Source of the DNA: Candidatus Latescibacterota bacterium | Lineage (GTDB): Bacteria > Latescibacterota > UBA2968 > GCA-2709665 | Assembly: GCA_965208835.1 (NCBI GenBank) | Contig: OZ242358.1 | Coordinates: forward strand, 2,912,001-2,976,000 | Length of the DNA: 64,000 nt | Direction: 5' to 3' | Part shown: positions 19,124 to 29,239 of the stretch, piece by piece | Layout: every line of letters begins with the position of its first letter | How positions within the stretch are numbered: the stretch's first letter is position 1 | Notes under the pieces: generated by a model | Seen by the model: only the letters and a program-made list of their open reading frames with translations | Told to the model about the DNA's origin: nothing | The model's database searches: none | Made by a program: the position numbers and the translations under genes

Positions 19124-19810
19124 TCACTCCCGGGTTTTTGCCGTATCCGCCACCGCACCCAGATTCAGGTTCAGCGGGCCGGACGTATCCCGCTTTGCAT
19201 CGATCAGAACCGGAGACGCTGGCGCTGATCCGGAAGGAGCATCCACGCCCACGTCGATATCCGGACCCGTCGTGTCCGCCGCGGCCGGCTCCGGCGTCCG
19301 GCCCCAGAAGTCGGGCGTTGCGTTCAGATAATAGGTGATATTGTTATTGGTCAGATATACCGTTTTACCGGACCCGATACGCACATAATTCTTGCTCCAG
19401 TCCCGCCTGGACTGGCCGAACACGAAAGCGGCCAGTTCCGCACCCCCCGCGTTCCTAACGGACAACCGGGTCCCGGCTGAATCGTCCACCGAATAGACGT
19501 TCCACCGGTCCGCGTTCCGGGTCATCAGGGTCGTGCGCTCGACCTTTAACACCCTGTCGAACAGATTGTCAATCGGCGCCTCCCGCACCTCCAGGGAATC
19601 GTGGCCCACAAGCCGCCACACGTCGCCGTCGAGCCGCAGTTCAACGCGTTCGTCCCCGCGTTCGATCACGACCTGCTGAACGTCGTCCCTGCTTCCCTCA
19701 TAAATCCGCGTGCCGGAAGCGGTATGCCTCGTCTTGGAAAACTGAACGTAAGCGACGCCGGCGGCCAGCGCCAGAATCACAATCAGCCACAACCTGAACC
19801 GTTTAACCAT
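19124..19810 (-). CDS. DUF4340 domain protein
   Basis: N-terminal TM; typical fourth gene of GldAFG-like ABC operons. Confidence 0.7.
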   Translation of the reverse strand: MVKRFRLWLIVILALAAGVAYVQFSKTRHTASGTRIYEGSRDDVQQVVIERGDERVELRLDGDVWRLVGHDSLEVREAPIDNLFDRVLKVERTTLMTRNADRWNVYSVDDSAGTRLSVRNAGGAELAAFVFGQSRRDWSKNYVRIGSGKTVYLTNNNITYYLNATPDFWGRTPEPAAADTTGPDIDVGVDAPSGSAPASPVLIDAKRDTSGPLNLNLGAVADTAKTRE

Positions 19811-21305
19811 ATTGCTCCTCCAACATCCTTGCGCGCCCGGCTTCCCGTCGCCATCTCAGCAGCCCGTACGCAACAATCAGAACCGGCGGCAGCAAGACAT
19901 TCAGCCATTTCCAGCGCGCCTTCTCGGTGTCGCCGAGTTCCGCGAGAGGGCGGGTCGTAATCTCCCGGGAGCGGAGCGCCACCAGATCGCTGTCGCCCAT
20001 CAGGAAATCGGCGACATTCGCAATAAGGACGAAATTCTCCGGAAAAGTCCCCCCCGATTCGTCTTCGAACAGACCGGAATCACCCACCAGAACGACCTGG
20101 CTCACTCCCTGAGGACCTTCCCGCTGCGCCAGCGCCCCCACCACCTTTCCCTGTTGATTTAACGTATTGAAGAACGGATTCTCCAGAGGCCGCAGATTGA
20201 AGAACCCGGTCATCACGCCGGACCGGTCGGACGTATACATGAGTGGCGTGGTCTGCGCGGCGCCGGCGGCCGAGTCGGCGAGCGCAATCTCGCTGCTGAA
20301 GAGCAGCCGCACCTGTTCGAGTCCGTCCACCGTCAGATGCTCGCCGAAGCGGTGTACCACCGGGAAGAACGGATACTGTATCTGGGAACTCATTTGAAGG
20401 AACCCATGGCGCTGGCTGATGGTGATCGCACTGCACCGCTGGTCCAGCACCAGGTTTTCCTTAACCTGCAGGCCCATCGATTCAAGGAATTCAAACAGAT
20501 TAGACTGTATCGGCGTGCCACGTTGACCGTTCAAGTCGCCCGTGACCCGACCCTGACCGATGAACAGATTGCCCCCGCGATCCGCGAACGCGTTCAGGTT
20601 CCTGAGCTCATCCTCGCTCAGCGAATCCGTCACGCCGCCGATCATCAGCAGACCGATGTCATCGGGCACCGGCGAGGCCAGTCTGACGTTCCGGACGAGG
20701 TACGACTGCTGCAGCACGGCGGAAACGTTGCGAACCCGGGGCGGCTCGGAGCCGATGATCGCAAATGCCAACGCCTGTTTTTCAGTATCGATTAGCTTTT
20801 TGATCTGCGTGGTGATTTCATACTCGAGGCCGGTTGTGCTTTCAATCACCGGGATGACCTCACGTCCGTCTCCATAGAGAAATACCATCCCCATGTAGAC
20901 CCGCTTCACTTCCAGTTTGTCGTTCTCGACCACCTGGAGCTGAACGGGCTGAATCCCGTATTTCCGCGCTTCGTCCGCCAGCGTCTGGTCGTCTTCCGGC
21001 CGGAAGAACTCGAAACGCACGCGGCCCCCGCCGAACGCTTCGTATTCCTCCAGAATATCCTGCAGGTATCGCCGGTTGTTGCCGTACTGGGCCGGAAGGT
21101 TGTCCGTAAAGTAGACTTTCATCGTCAACAGATCTTCAACCTGCGCCACCACCCGTTTGCTCGAATCGGAAAGCGAATAGATCCCGTTCGCAGTCAGGTC
21201 CAGGCGAAAGAACAGGTCTCTGGACACGAAATTCAGGGCCGCGACGACGACGACCGCCAACAGCAGATAGATGGTGAACGAACGTCTATTGTGAACCGCA
21301 AGCAT
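19803..21305 (-). CDS. GldG-family ABC transporter auxiliary component
   Basis: RLDLTANGIYSLSDSS, LEYEIT, C-terminal TM. Confidence 0.88.
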   Translation of the reverse strand: MLAVHNRRSFTIYLLLAVVVVAALNFVSRDLFFRLDLTANGIYSLSDSSKRVVAQVEDLLTMKVYFTDNLPAQYGNNRRYLQDILEEYEAFGGGRVRFEFFRPEDDQTLADEARKYGIQPVQLQVVENDKLEVKRVYMGMVFLYGDGREVIPVIESTTGLEYEITTQIKKLIDTEKQALAFAIIGSEPPRVRNVSAVLQQSYLVRNVRLASPVPDDIGLLMIGGVTDSLSEDELRNLNAFADRGGNLFIGQGRVTGDLNGQRGTPIQSNLFEFLESMGLQVKENLVLDQRCSAITISQRHGFLQMSSQIQYPFFPVVHRFGEHLTVDGLEQVRLLFSSEIALADSAAGAAQTTPLMYTSDRSGVMTGFFNLRPLENPFFNTLNQQGKVVGALAQREGPQGVSQVVLVGDSGLFEDESGGTFPENFVLIANVADFLMGDSDLVALRSREITTRPLAELGDTEKARWKWLNVLLPPVLIVAYGLLRWRREAGRARMLEEQYG

Positions 21306-21308
21306 CGA

Positions 21309-22022
21309 CTACCTCCACTTTCTCATTTCCAGAACCCGCAGGGTGAGCGCCAGAAACAGCCAGATCATCCCCGCAAAATAGACAAGGTTCCTGGAATCCA
21401 CGACACCCCTTGCGATATTCGACAAATGGAAGTCCACACTGATGTATTGCGCGATTGTCGCCAGCCCCGCCGGGATGAACAGCAGCAGCTTGTCCAGCAG
21501 GAAAAACACCATAATGATCGCAAGCGCGATAATCAGCGAAACCACCTGGTTTTCCGCCAGACTGCTTGCAAACGTCCCCACGGCAGCGTAGAATGCGCCC
21601 ACGAGGACCAGGCCCACGTATCCGGTCATCACCGCGCCGACATCGACGTGCGTGCCAACGGCCAGGAGCGTGAGGAAATGCACCAGCGTAAACAGCAGCC
21701 CCACAACGATCAGACTCACGGCCGCCAGGTATTTGCCGGTTACGAATTCAATGTCCTGGATCGGCATGGTTGACAGGACTTCCATGGTGCCCAGGTTTTT
21801 TTCCCTTGCGATCAGCCCCATGGAAATGGCCGGCACGAAGAACAGGAAGACCAGCGGTACAATGTTGAAGAGCGCGCGCATATCGGACTGACCGATAAGG
21901 AAGAACGTGCTCGTGAAGAAGTACCCGCTCAGAACCGCGAAAATGACCAGAAAGATGTAGGCCATGGGGCTGTTGAAATAGGAACGGAGTTCCTTCAGAT
22001 AGATCGCCTTCGTATTACGCAT
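21309..22022 (-). CDS. ABC-2 transporter permease (GldF-like)
   Basis: KELRSYFNSPMAY, EKNLGTMEVL, GKYLAA. Confidence 0.9.
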   Translation of the reverse strand: MRNTKAIYLKELRSYFNSPMAYIFLVIFAVLSGYFFTSTFFLIGQSDMRALFNIVPLVFLFFVPAISMGLIAREKNLGTMEVLSTMPIQDIEFVTGKYLAAVSLIVVGLLFTLVHFLTLLAVGTHVDVGAVMTGYVGLVLVGAFYAAVGTFASSLAENQVVSLIIALAIIMVFFLLDKLLLFIPAGLATIAQYISVDFHLSNIARGVVDSRNLVYFAGMIWLFLALTLRVLEMRKWR

Positions 22023-22959
22023 TGGACGCCCCCTCCCCCGTGAGATTCCTGAATACGTCCTCCAGCTGAACCCGAGCCTGGCTCATTTCCAGGATCACCC
22101 ATCCCTGGTCCCTGGCATAGTGGAAAATTCGTTCCCTGGGATCCGTGTCGCGGTCGTACTCAAGGACCAGCGTTCGAGATCCGTTATTCTCGGCCACATC
22201 TGAAAGCGAAACCCCCTGCAGCTGTTCGGGCAGCCCCTGCACGCTCTCCTCCTCGGCCTGTTTGACCTCCAGCGTCAATTGCGTCTGACCCCTGAAGCTG
22301 GACATCAGTTCCTCGCGAAGCCCGTCAGCCACGATTTCACCGTTGTGAATGATGATGATCCGGTCCACGGTCGCTTCGATTTCCTGCAGGATGTGGCTTG
22401 ACATAATCAACGTCTTTTCGCGCCCGAGCGAACGGATCAACTCGCGGATTTCCACGATCTGGTTGGGATCGAGCCCGGTCACGGGTTCGTCCAGAATCAG
22501 TATATCCGGATCGTGCAGCATTGCCGTTGCCAGGCCGATTCGCTGCTTGTACCCCTTGGAGCACTCCTGCACGGCCCGGTGGACGACGCCCGCAAGCCCG
22601 CACTGCTCGACGACGCGATCCAGCGCCTGCCGGAACGCGCGCCCCTCCATGCGCCGGATCGTCGCAATAAACGAAAGCAGGTCGTAAACGATCATTTCAC
22701 CGTAAAGCGGATTCAACTCCGGCAGGTACCCCACACGCCTTCGGATCTCCAGCGAATCGTCGACGATGTTCATATCGTCCACGAAAACGTCGCCGGCGGT
22801 TGCCGACAGAAACCCGGTCATCACCTTCAGCGTGGTTGACTTGCCGGCGCCGTTCTCACCCAGGAATCCCAGAATTTCGCCATCGTTGACCTGGAAGCTG
22901 ATGTCCCGAACGGCCTGGACGTCACCGTAGTTCTTGACTAGGTTCTCCACCCGGATCAT
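22015..22959 (-). CDS. ABC transporter ATP-binding protein (GldA-like)
   Basis: GENGAGKSTT Walker A, SKGYKQR signature, ILDEP, SSHIL. Confidence 0.95.
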   Translation of the reverse strand: MIRVENLVKNYGDVQAVRDISFQVNDGEILGFLGENGAGKSTTLKVMTGFLSATAGDVFVDDMNIVDDSLEIRRRVGYLPELNPLYGEMIVYDLLSFIATIRRMEGRAFRQALDRVVEQCGLAGVVHRAVQECSKGYKQRIGLATAMLHDPDILILDEPVTGLDPNQIVEIRELIRSLGREKTLIMSSHILQEIEATVDRIIIIHNGEIVADGLREELMSSFRGQTQLTLEVKQAEEESVQGLPEQLQGVSLSDVAENNGSRTLVLEYDRDTDPRERIFHYARDQGWVILEMSQARVQLEDVFRNLTGEGASNA

Positions 22960-23175
22960 GCACGGTCCTCCTTCAACCCATGTTACCGGAATACACCTGA
23001 CGCACTTGAATTCGACCGGAAAATTAAAAAAAAAAACCGGATCGTGTCAAGCCCCCGAGCAGAAAAACGCGCCGGTGCGGGTCTGCTGCGCCTCAAGCGG
23101 CAGAGCCTGGACCCATGTTTCCGGTGCGCTTCAGCAAGAGCGTGACGACGAATTTATAAGGTTACTTGATTTTCC

Positions 23176-23204
23176 TTGACACGCCTTTACAAATCCTGTA
23201 ATAT
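23176..23204 (+). promoter_or_regulatory. sigma70-type promoter of the ilvN-leu operon
   Basis: TTGACA-N17-TAATAT. Confidence 0.6.
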
Positions 23205-23251
23205 TCGTATTTTAAGATCAGGATGGTCGGATCCAAATGGAGAGTGCGACG

Positions 23252-23410
23252 ATGATTCCTTACACCCCCACCTGCGCACCAGTGTCCTCCGGCGCCTGCC
23301 CCTTCCCGGCACCGCGCCCTACCACGGCGCACGCCGTCGCACGTACGCGAATTCTTGTTCTCCCCGCATCCTCAAGCCTCTTACTGTCCGCCATCCTTCC
23401 GGACAATTGA
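23252..23410 (+). CDS. Putative Ile/Leu/Val-rich leader peptide (52 aa)
   Basis: GGAG upstream; [10 protein letters not shown]...[22 protein letters not shown], lying between the promoter and ilvN. Confidence 0.5.
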   Translation: MIPYTPTCAPVSSGACPFPAPRPTTAHAVARTRILVLPASSSLLLSAILPDN

Positions 23411-23537
23411 ACGCACACAAGAGGCTCTCTTCCAAGTCGAATCCCCTGTAAAATCAGAAAATACCGATCCCGGAACGAGCCTCTCGGGCAATCGCCAGGT
23501 TCTTGCCCTGTCATATGCTTGCCAAGAGGAACGAACA

Positions 23538-24050
23538 ATGCCGACACGACACACCATTTCCGCACTGGTCGAGAACCATTTCGGCGTTCTTTGCCGCATC
23601 TCAGGCCTGTTTTCTAGCCGAGGTTTCAACATCGACAGTCTCTCCGTCGGTGAAACCGAAGATCCCACGATTTCGCGTATGACCATTGTCGTGCAGGGCG
23701 ACGACCGCGTGCTGGAGCAGGTGGTCAAGCAACTCAACCGGCTGGTCGACGTCATCCGGGTCATCGACATCACGCAGGGTGAATTCGTCGAACGCGAACT
23801 GGCGCTCATCAACGTGAAAACCCGAATCGACACACGTTCCGAAATCATCCAGATCGCGGAAATCTTCAGGGCGGGCGTCGTGGATGTGAGTACCAACTCA
23901 ATGACCATCGAAGTCACCGGAAAAGAGGACAAGATCGGGGCGATGATCAACATGCTTCGGGATTACGGAATCAACGAAATCGCAAGGACCGGCACGGTCG
24001 CGCTTCTGCGCGACTCCCAGACGAAGCAGGTTGCCGGGGGCGGGGACTGA
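23538..24050 (+). CDS. ilvN: Acetolactate synthase small (regulatory) subunit
   Basis: [29 protein letters not shown] domain, [15 protein letters not shown]. Confidence 0.95.
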   Translation: MPTRHTISALVENHFGVLCRISGLFSSRGFNIDSLSVGETEDPTISRMTIVVQGDDRVLEQVVKQLNRLVDVIRVIDITQGEFVERELALINVKTRIDTRSEIIQIAEIFRAGVVDVSTNSMTIEVTGKEDKIGAMINMLRDYGINEIARTGTVALLRDSQTKQVAGGGD

Positions 24051-24179
24051 TGTTCTGACCCGAAGATATCTAACCTTTCAGCAGACGATTCATCCCGTCT
24101 CGACGGTCGAATTCAGGCAACCTATTTCCGGGTCAGAACAATGGCACGACGCACCGCACGCAGGAGGCGATAGCACCCC

Positions 24180-25724
24180 ATGGATAATCAAGACCGTGTC
24201 GTCATCTTCGACACCACGCTGCGTGACGCCGAACAGACGCCCGGCGCGAAACTTTCGGTTCGGGAGAAGATCGAAATCGCCCAACAGCTGGGCAAGCTGA
24301 GAGTCGACGTCATCGAAGCCGGCTTCCCCATCTCGTCCGATGAGGATTTTGAAGCGGTACGGCGAATCGGACAGGAAGTCGAAGGGCCGACCGTTTGCGG
24401 CCTTGCCAGAGCCGTAATGAAGGATATCGACCGGGCCGGCGAGGCGCTCAGTGGCGCCGCCGGACCCAGAATCCACACCTTCATCGGTACCTCGCCGAAC
24501 CACATCTCCATGATCGGCAAGTCTCCCGACGAAGTGCTCGGAATGGCCGTCGATGCCGTCAAGAGGGCCCGGGCGTACGTCGACGACGTGGAATTCTCTC
24601 CCATGGATGCCGCACGTACCGAACCCGATTATCTCTATGCCGTCATCGAGGCAACGATCGAGGCCGGCGCCTCCACTGTCAATATTCCCGATACCGTCGG
24701 TTATGCCGTACCCGAACAATTCGGCGGGCTGATTCGCAATATCCGCGAAAATGTCCCGAATATCAACCGGGCCGTTATCAGCGTACATTGTCACGACGAC
24801 CTCGGCATGGCGGTCATCAACAGCCTTACAGCCATCCGCAACGGCGCCCGGCAGGCGGAATGTACCGTTAACGGTCTGGGTGAACGCGCCGGAAACGCCT
24901 CGCTTGAGGAAATCGTAATGGCAATCCGCACCCGGGGCGACTATTACGAGCTTTATACGAATATAGATTCCAGGGAGATCTGTCCGACAAGCCGGCTCGT
25001 CAGCCGCCTGATGGGAATCCCCGTCGCCCCGAACAAGGCCATTGTGGGCGCCAACGCCTTCGCGCACAGTTCCGGTATACACCAGGACGGCGTCCTTAAG
25101 AACCGTGCGAATTTTGAAATCATCGACCCGAAGGACGTGGGACTCGAGGCAACGAGCATCGTGCTCACGGCAAGATCGGGGCGGCACGCCCTTCGACACC
25201 GCCTCGAAGAACTGGGATACCACCTCGATCAGAATGACCTGAACAAGGCGTACGAGCGATTCCTGACGGTGGCAGACAAGAAAAAGGAAGTGTACGACGA
25301 AGACCTGATGGCGATCGTCGAGGACGAGATCCGGGACATCCCGGAGAAATACCAACTCTTGTACATGCACACCACAAGCGGCACCGGTACCATTCCCTCC
25401 GCCACCGTGCGGATCAGCGTGGACGGTGAAAGCGAAATCCAGGAGTCCGCGTGGGGCGACGGCCCTGTAGACGCCACCTACAAGGCCATCGCGAACGCCA
25501 CCTCGACCGACGCCAAGGTCGACGAATACCACATCCGCTCCGTCACGCACGGCGCGGAAGCGATGGGCGAAGTTACGGTCAAGGTCAGCCAGAAGGAAGA
25601 CGACGCCACCGGAAGGGGCGCATCCACGGACATTATCCAGGCCAGCGCGAAAGCCTACATCAATGCGCTGAACCATCTGGCCCTGCGCGCGGGCGTACGG
25701 CGACATCGAACAGAAGCGGTATAA
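24180..25724 (+). CDS. leuA: 2-isopropylmalate synthase
   Basis: [33 protein letters not shown], regulatory domain GDGPVDA. Confidence 0.96.
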   Translation: MDNQDRVVIFDTTLRDAEQTPGAKLSVREKIEIAQQLGKLRVDVIEAGFPISSDEDFEAVRRIGQEVEGPTVCGLARAVMKDIDRAGEALSGAAGPRIHTFIGTSPNHISMIGKSPDEVLGMAVDAVKRARAYVDDVEFSPMDAARTEPDYLYAVIEATIEAGASTVNIPDTVGYAVPEQFGGLIRNIRENVPNINRAVISVHCHDDLGMAVINSLTAIRNGARQAECTVNGLGERAGNASLEEIVMAIRTRGDYYELYTNIDSREICPTSRLVSRLMGIPVAPNKAIVGANAFAHSSGIHQDGVLKNRANFEIIDPKDVGLEATSIVLTARSGRHALRHRLEELGYHLDQNDLNKAYERFLTVADKKKEVYDEDLMAIVEDEIRDIPEKYQLLYMHTTSGTGTIPSATVRISVDGESEIQESAWGDGPVDATYKAIANATSTDAKVDEYHIRSVTHGAEAMGEVTVKVSQKEDDATGRGASTDIIQASAKAYINALNHLALRAGVRRHRTEAV

Positions 25725-25823
25725 CAGCCCGTAGGGAAAGCCCATCCGGGCTGCGGCCGGCCCTTGCGGTCGAAATACTGCGTTGCGCGGCCTCGCCTGC
25801 AGAGCGACTTTTCCAACGGGCTG
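25725..25823 (-). mobile_element. Internally deleted copy of MITE family A
   Basis: Aligns to the reverse complement of 49180-49339 with a 61-bp internal deletion; starts immediately after the leuA TAA. Confidence 0.85.
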
Positions 25824-25900
25824 AAGAGCAGCCCGTTTTCCGGACGAACCGACGCCGTTTCCGGCGTCTGAAATACAATTCGCGGAGGTCGACACCACTC

Positions 25901-27304
25901 ATGGGCAAGAGTCTGTTTTACAAGGTGTGGGACGCCCACGCCGTTCGCGAGCTTCCGTCGGGACAGACCCAACTCTTTATCGGCCTGCATCTGATTCATG
26001 AGGTCACCAGCCCGCAGGCGTTCCAGATGATGCGTGAACGCGGCCTCAAAGTGGCATATCCCGAGCGCACCTATGCCACCGTAGACCATATTGTCCCCAC
26101 CGATATCCGTACCCGTCCGCTGATGGACACCATGGCGGAGGAGATGCTCGGCGCGATCGAGGTAAACACTCGGGAGTTCGATATACCGCTTTTCAATCTT
26201 CACGACGACCGCCAGGGCATCGTCCATATCATCGGACCTGAACTCGGGCTCACGCAGCCGGGCATGACCATCGCCTGCGGGGACAGCCACACGTCGACAC
26301 ACGGGGCGTTCGGCGCCATCGCCTTCGGCATCGGAACGTCTCAGGTGCGCGACGTGCTGGCCACGCAGTGCCTGGCCATGCATCCGCTCAAGGTCCGTCG
26401 CATCGAAGTGACCGGCAGCCTCTCCAGCGGCGTCTACGCGAAAGACGTCATCCTCAACATCATCCGTCGTCTGGGCGTCAAGGGCGGCGTCGGCTACGCC
26501 TATGAATACGCCGGACCGGTTGTCGACGGATTGAGTATGGAAGAACGCATGTCCATCTGCAACATGTCCATCGAAGGCGGCGCACGCGCGGGATACGTCA
26601 ACCCGGACCGGACCACATTCGACTATCTCAGGGGCCGGGCATATTCGCCGTCCAATGGCGGGTTCGAACGGGCCGTAGACTGGTGGAAGTCCATGGCATC
26701 GGATACCGACGCCAGCTACGACGATGTTTTCGAGCTGGACGGGTCAGCGCTCGAACCTACGGTTACGTGGGGCATCACACCCGGCCAGGGCGTTTATGTC
26801 TCCGAAAAGATCCCCGCACTGCGGGATCTTCGCGACGACGAACGGGATGTCGCCGCTGAAGCCTACGAATACATGGATTTCGACGCCGGAAGCCCGATCG
26901 CGGGCACGCCCATCGACGTCGCGTTCATCGGTTCCTGCACCAACGGCCGGATTTCCGACCTCCGGGAGGCTGCCGGCATCGTGAAGGGCAACCGTGTGTC
27001 CGACAGCGTCAAGGCCCTTGTGGTGCCCGGCTCCGATGCGGTACGCAGGAACGCGGAAGCCGAAGGCCTGCACGAGATCTTCCGCGAAGCAGGGTTCGAG
27101 TGGCGGGACGCCGGCTGTTCCATGTGCCTGGCCATGAACCCGGACAAGCTGCAGCACCGCCAGATATGCGCCTCCTCCAGCAACCGGAATTTCAAAGGCC
27201 GCCAGGGCAGTCCGACCGGCCGCACCCTTCTGATGAGTCCTGCGATGGTCGCGGCCGCGGCCGTTTCAGGTGAAGTAACGGACGTGCGCGCCATGTTGGC
27301 GTGA
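25901..27304 (+). CDS. leuC: 3-isopropylmalate dehydratase large subunit
   Basis: [45 protein letters not shown]. Confidence 0.97.
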   Translation: MGKSLFYKVWDAHAVRELPSGQTQLFIGLHLIHEVTSPQAFQMMRERGLKVAYPERTYATVDHIVPTDIRTRPLMDTMAEEMLGAIEVNTREFDIPLFNLHDDRQGIVHIIGPELGLTQPGMTIACGDSHTSTHGAFGAIAFGIGTSQVRDVLATQCLAMHPLKVRRIEVTGSLSSGVYAKDVILNIIRRLGVKGGVGYAYEYAGPVVDGLSMEERMSICNMSIEGGARAGYVNPDRTTFDYLRGRAYSPSNGGFERAVDWWKSMASDTDASYDDVFELDGSALEPTVTWGITPGQGVYVSEKIPALRDLRDDERDVAAEAYEYMDFDAGSPIAGTPIDVAFIGSCTNGRISDLREAAGIVKGNRVSDSVKALVVPGSDAVRRNAEAEGLHEIFREAGFEWRDAGCSMCLAMNPDKLQHRQICASSSNRNFKGRQGSPTGRTLLMSPAMVAAAAVSGEVTDVRAMLA

Positions 27305-27313
27305 AAGGACCCG

Positions 27314-27913
27314 ATGATGAACGGTGCATCCTCCTCAGTAAGCCGAGCGGCAGGTCGAGGCATTCCGTTGCGGGGCAACGATATCGATACCGACCGGATC
27401 ATTCCGGCGAGGTACCTGCGCAACATCACTTTCGAGGGCCTGGGGGAATTCGCCTTCGAAGACGACCGGAAGTCCACGGACCATCCCTTCGACGACGACC
27501 GGTACCGCGGGGCCTCGATTCTGGTGGTCAATGGCAACTTCGGTTGCGGTTCTTCCCGTGAGCACGCACCTCAGGCCATCATGCGATGGGGTATCAGGGC
27601 CATCGTCGGCGAGTCGTTCGCGGAGATATTCCAGGGCAACTGTACGGCAATGGGCCTGCCCTGCGTCACCGCGCCAGCCGGAAGTATACAGGCGCTGATG
27701 GATGCCGTCGAATCCGATCCGGAAAGCGAGATCGCCGTCGACCTGGAAGAACGGACCCTGTCACGCGGCGATCTCGGGTTCGACATCCGGATTCCCGCTG
27801 GCGACCGCATTCAACTCCTCGAAGGAACGTGGGATGCCACCGGGATGCTTCTGGAGGGTCGTGAATCCGTTCGGTCCGTCGCGCGAAATCTCCCCTACAT
27901 CTCAGGATTTTAA
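27314..27913 (+). CDS. leuD: 3-isopropylmalate dehydratase small subunit
   Basis: DIDTDRIIP, NFGCGSSREHA. Confidence 0.96.
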   Translation: MMNGASSSVSRAAGRGIPLRGNDIDTDRIIPARYLRNITFEGLGEFAFEDDRKSTDHPFDDDRYRGASILVVNGNFGCGSSREHAPQAIMRWGIRAIVGESFAEIFQGNCTAMGLPCVTAPAGSIQALMDAVESDPESEIAVDLEERTLSRGDLGFDIRIPAGDRIQLLEGTWDATGMLLEGRESVRSVARNLPYISGF

Positions 27914-27930
27914 CGCATTGGAGGAAGCCT

Positions 27931-28995
27931 TTGTCCTACAAGATCGCAGTCATCCCCGGTGACGGCACGGGTCCGGAAGTTGTGGTGGAAGGCCTGAAAT
28001 GCATCAACGCGGTCGCACGGAAATGCGGTTTCGACTTTGAAACCGCGACTTTCGACTTCGGCGGCGAACGATACCTCAGAACCGGCGAAACCCTGCCGGA
28101 CTCCGCCCTTGAAGAGCTGCGCGGTTTTGACGCCATCTACCTGGGCGCCATTGGCCATCCGGACGTTCGACCCGGGATCCTGGAAAAGGGTATTCTCCTC
28201 AGAACCCGCTTTGAACTGGACCAGTACATCAACCTGCGTCCGGTCAAACTCTACCCCAACGTGGACTGCCCCCTGAAGGACAAGGGTCCCGCCGACGTCG
28301 ACTTTGTCGTCGTGCGCGAAAACACCGAGGGCCTTTATTCCGGCGCGGGCGGGTTCCTCAAACAGGGTACACCCGACGAGGTCGCCGTCCAGGAGTCCAT
28401 CAATACCCGGAAGGGTGTGGAGCGCTGCCTGAGGTATGCCTTCGAATTTACCCGCAGGCGGGGGCGAACGAACACCCTCACCCTCTGCGGCAAGACCAAC
28501 GTGCTCACCTATGCCTTCGATCTGTGGGAGCGCACGTTCAATGAAGTCGGAGACGCCGAGTATGCCGATGTCAAACGGGACTATGCACACGTCGACGCCA
28601 TTACGATGTGGATGGTAAAGAACCCGGAGTGGTTCGATGTTATCGTCACCGACAACATGTTCGGCGACATCATCACCGACCTGGGCGCGATGATTCAGGG
28701 CGGCATGGGCGTCGCTGCGGGCGGCAACATCAACCCCGAAGGCGTATCCATGTTCGAACCCATCGGCGGATCGGCTCCCAAGTATACGGGCATGGGCGTC
28801 ATCAATCCAGTCGCCGGCATCGCCGCCGCGCAGATGATGGTCGACGTCCTGGGCGAGACCGAAGGCGCCGTGATACTGGAAAACGCCATCATCCAGGTTG
28901 TCGGCACGAAACTCAATGGCATGGGCGCCGGTGAAATGGGCTTCAACACCTCCGAAGTAGGTGACCTCATCGCCGACGAGGTCGCACGCGCATAG
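27931..28995 (+). CDS. leuB: 3-isopropylmalate dehydrogenase
   Basis: [35 protein letters not shown]. Confidence 0.93.
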   Translation: MSYKIAVIPGDGTGPEVVVEGLKCINAVARKCGFDFETATFDFGGERYLRTGETLPDSALEELRGFDAIYLGAIGHPDVRPGILEKGILLRTRFELDQYINLRPVKLYPNVDCPLKDKGPADVDFVVVRENTEGLYSGAGGFLKQGTPDEVAVQESINTRKGVERCLRYAFEFTRRRGRTNTLTLCGKTNVLTYAFDLWERTFNEVGDAEYADVKRDYAHVDAITMWMVKNPEWFDVIVTDNMFGDIITDLGAMIQGGMGVAAGGNINPEGVSMFEPIGGSAPKYTGMGVINPVAGIAAAQMMVDVLGETEGAVILENAIIQVVGTKLNGMGAGEMGFNTSEVGDLIADEVARA

Positions 28996-29239
28996 CACGG
29001 GAAATACCGGATGACACAACTGGACTCTTCAGAAGGGAAGTGGAATCGACCGGGCGGCTGTGACCGCCCGGGCCGCATTGGGTAGGCGGTCTGCTGAACG
29101 CGCGGGCGCGGCCGTAAAGCCGATCGGGCGCGTCTGCTCCAAATTCACCGAATCTCCAACCCAATGCAAAGGAAGCTGTGTCAGGATTCACGGCGCGAAG
29201 ACCGCTGGGAATTCCAATACCGCTTCTAAGGAGCTTTTG

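Noticed and set aside
19124-22959. Gliding-motility locus
   Set aside because: GldA/F/G-like ABC operons with DUF4340 are widespread in non-gliding bacteria; no other gld or spr genes here
24090-25898. 602-aa minus-strand ORF (also 28967-30349, 57286-59601 and similar)
   Set aside because: Antisense shadows of well-supported genes, expected in high-GC DNA; no motifs
25451-25900. N-terminal extensions of leuC (and of cimA, HU, gatB, ilvN, truA) in the ORF track
   Set aside because: Homology starts at downstream start codons; the extensions overlap upstream genes, promoters or MITEs
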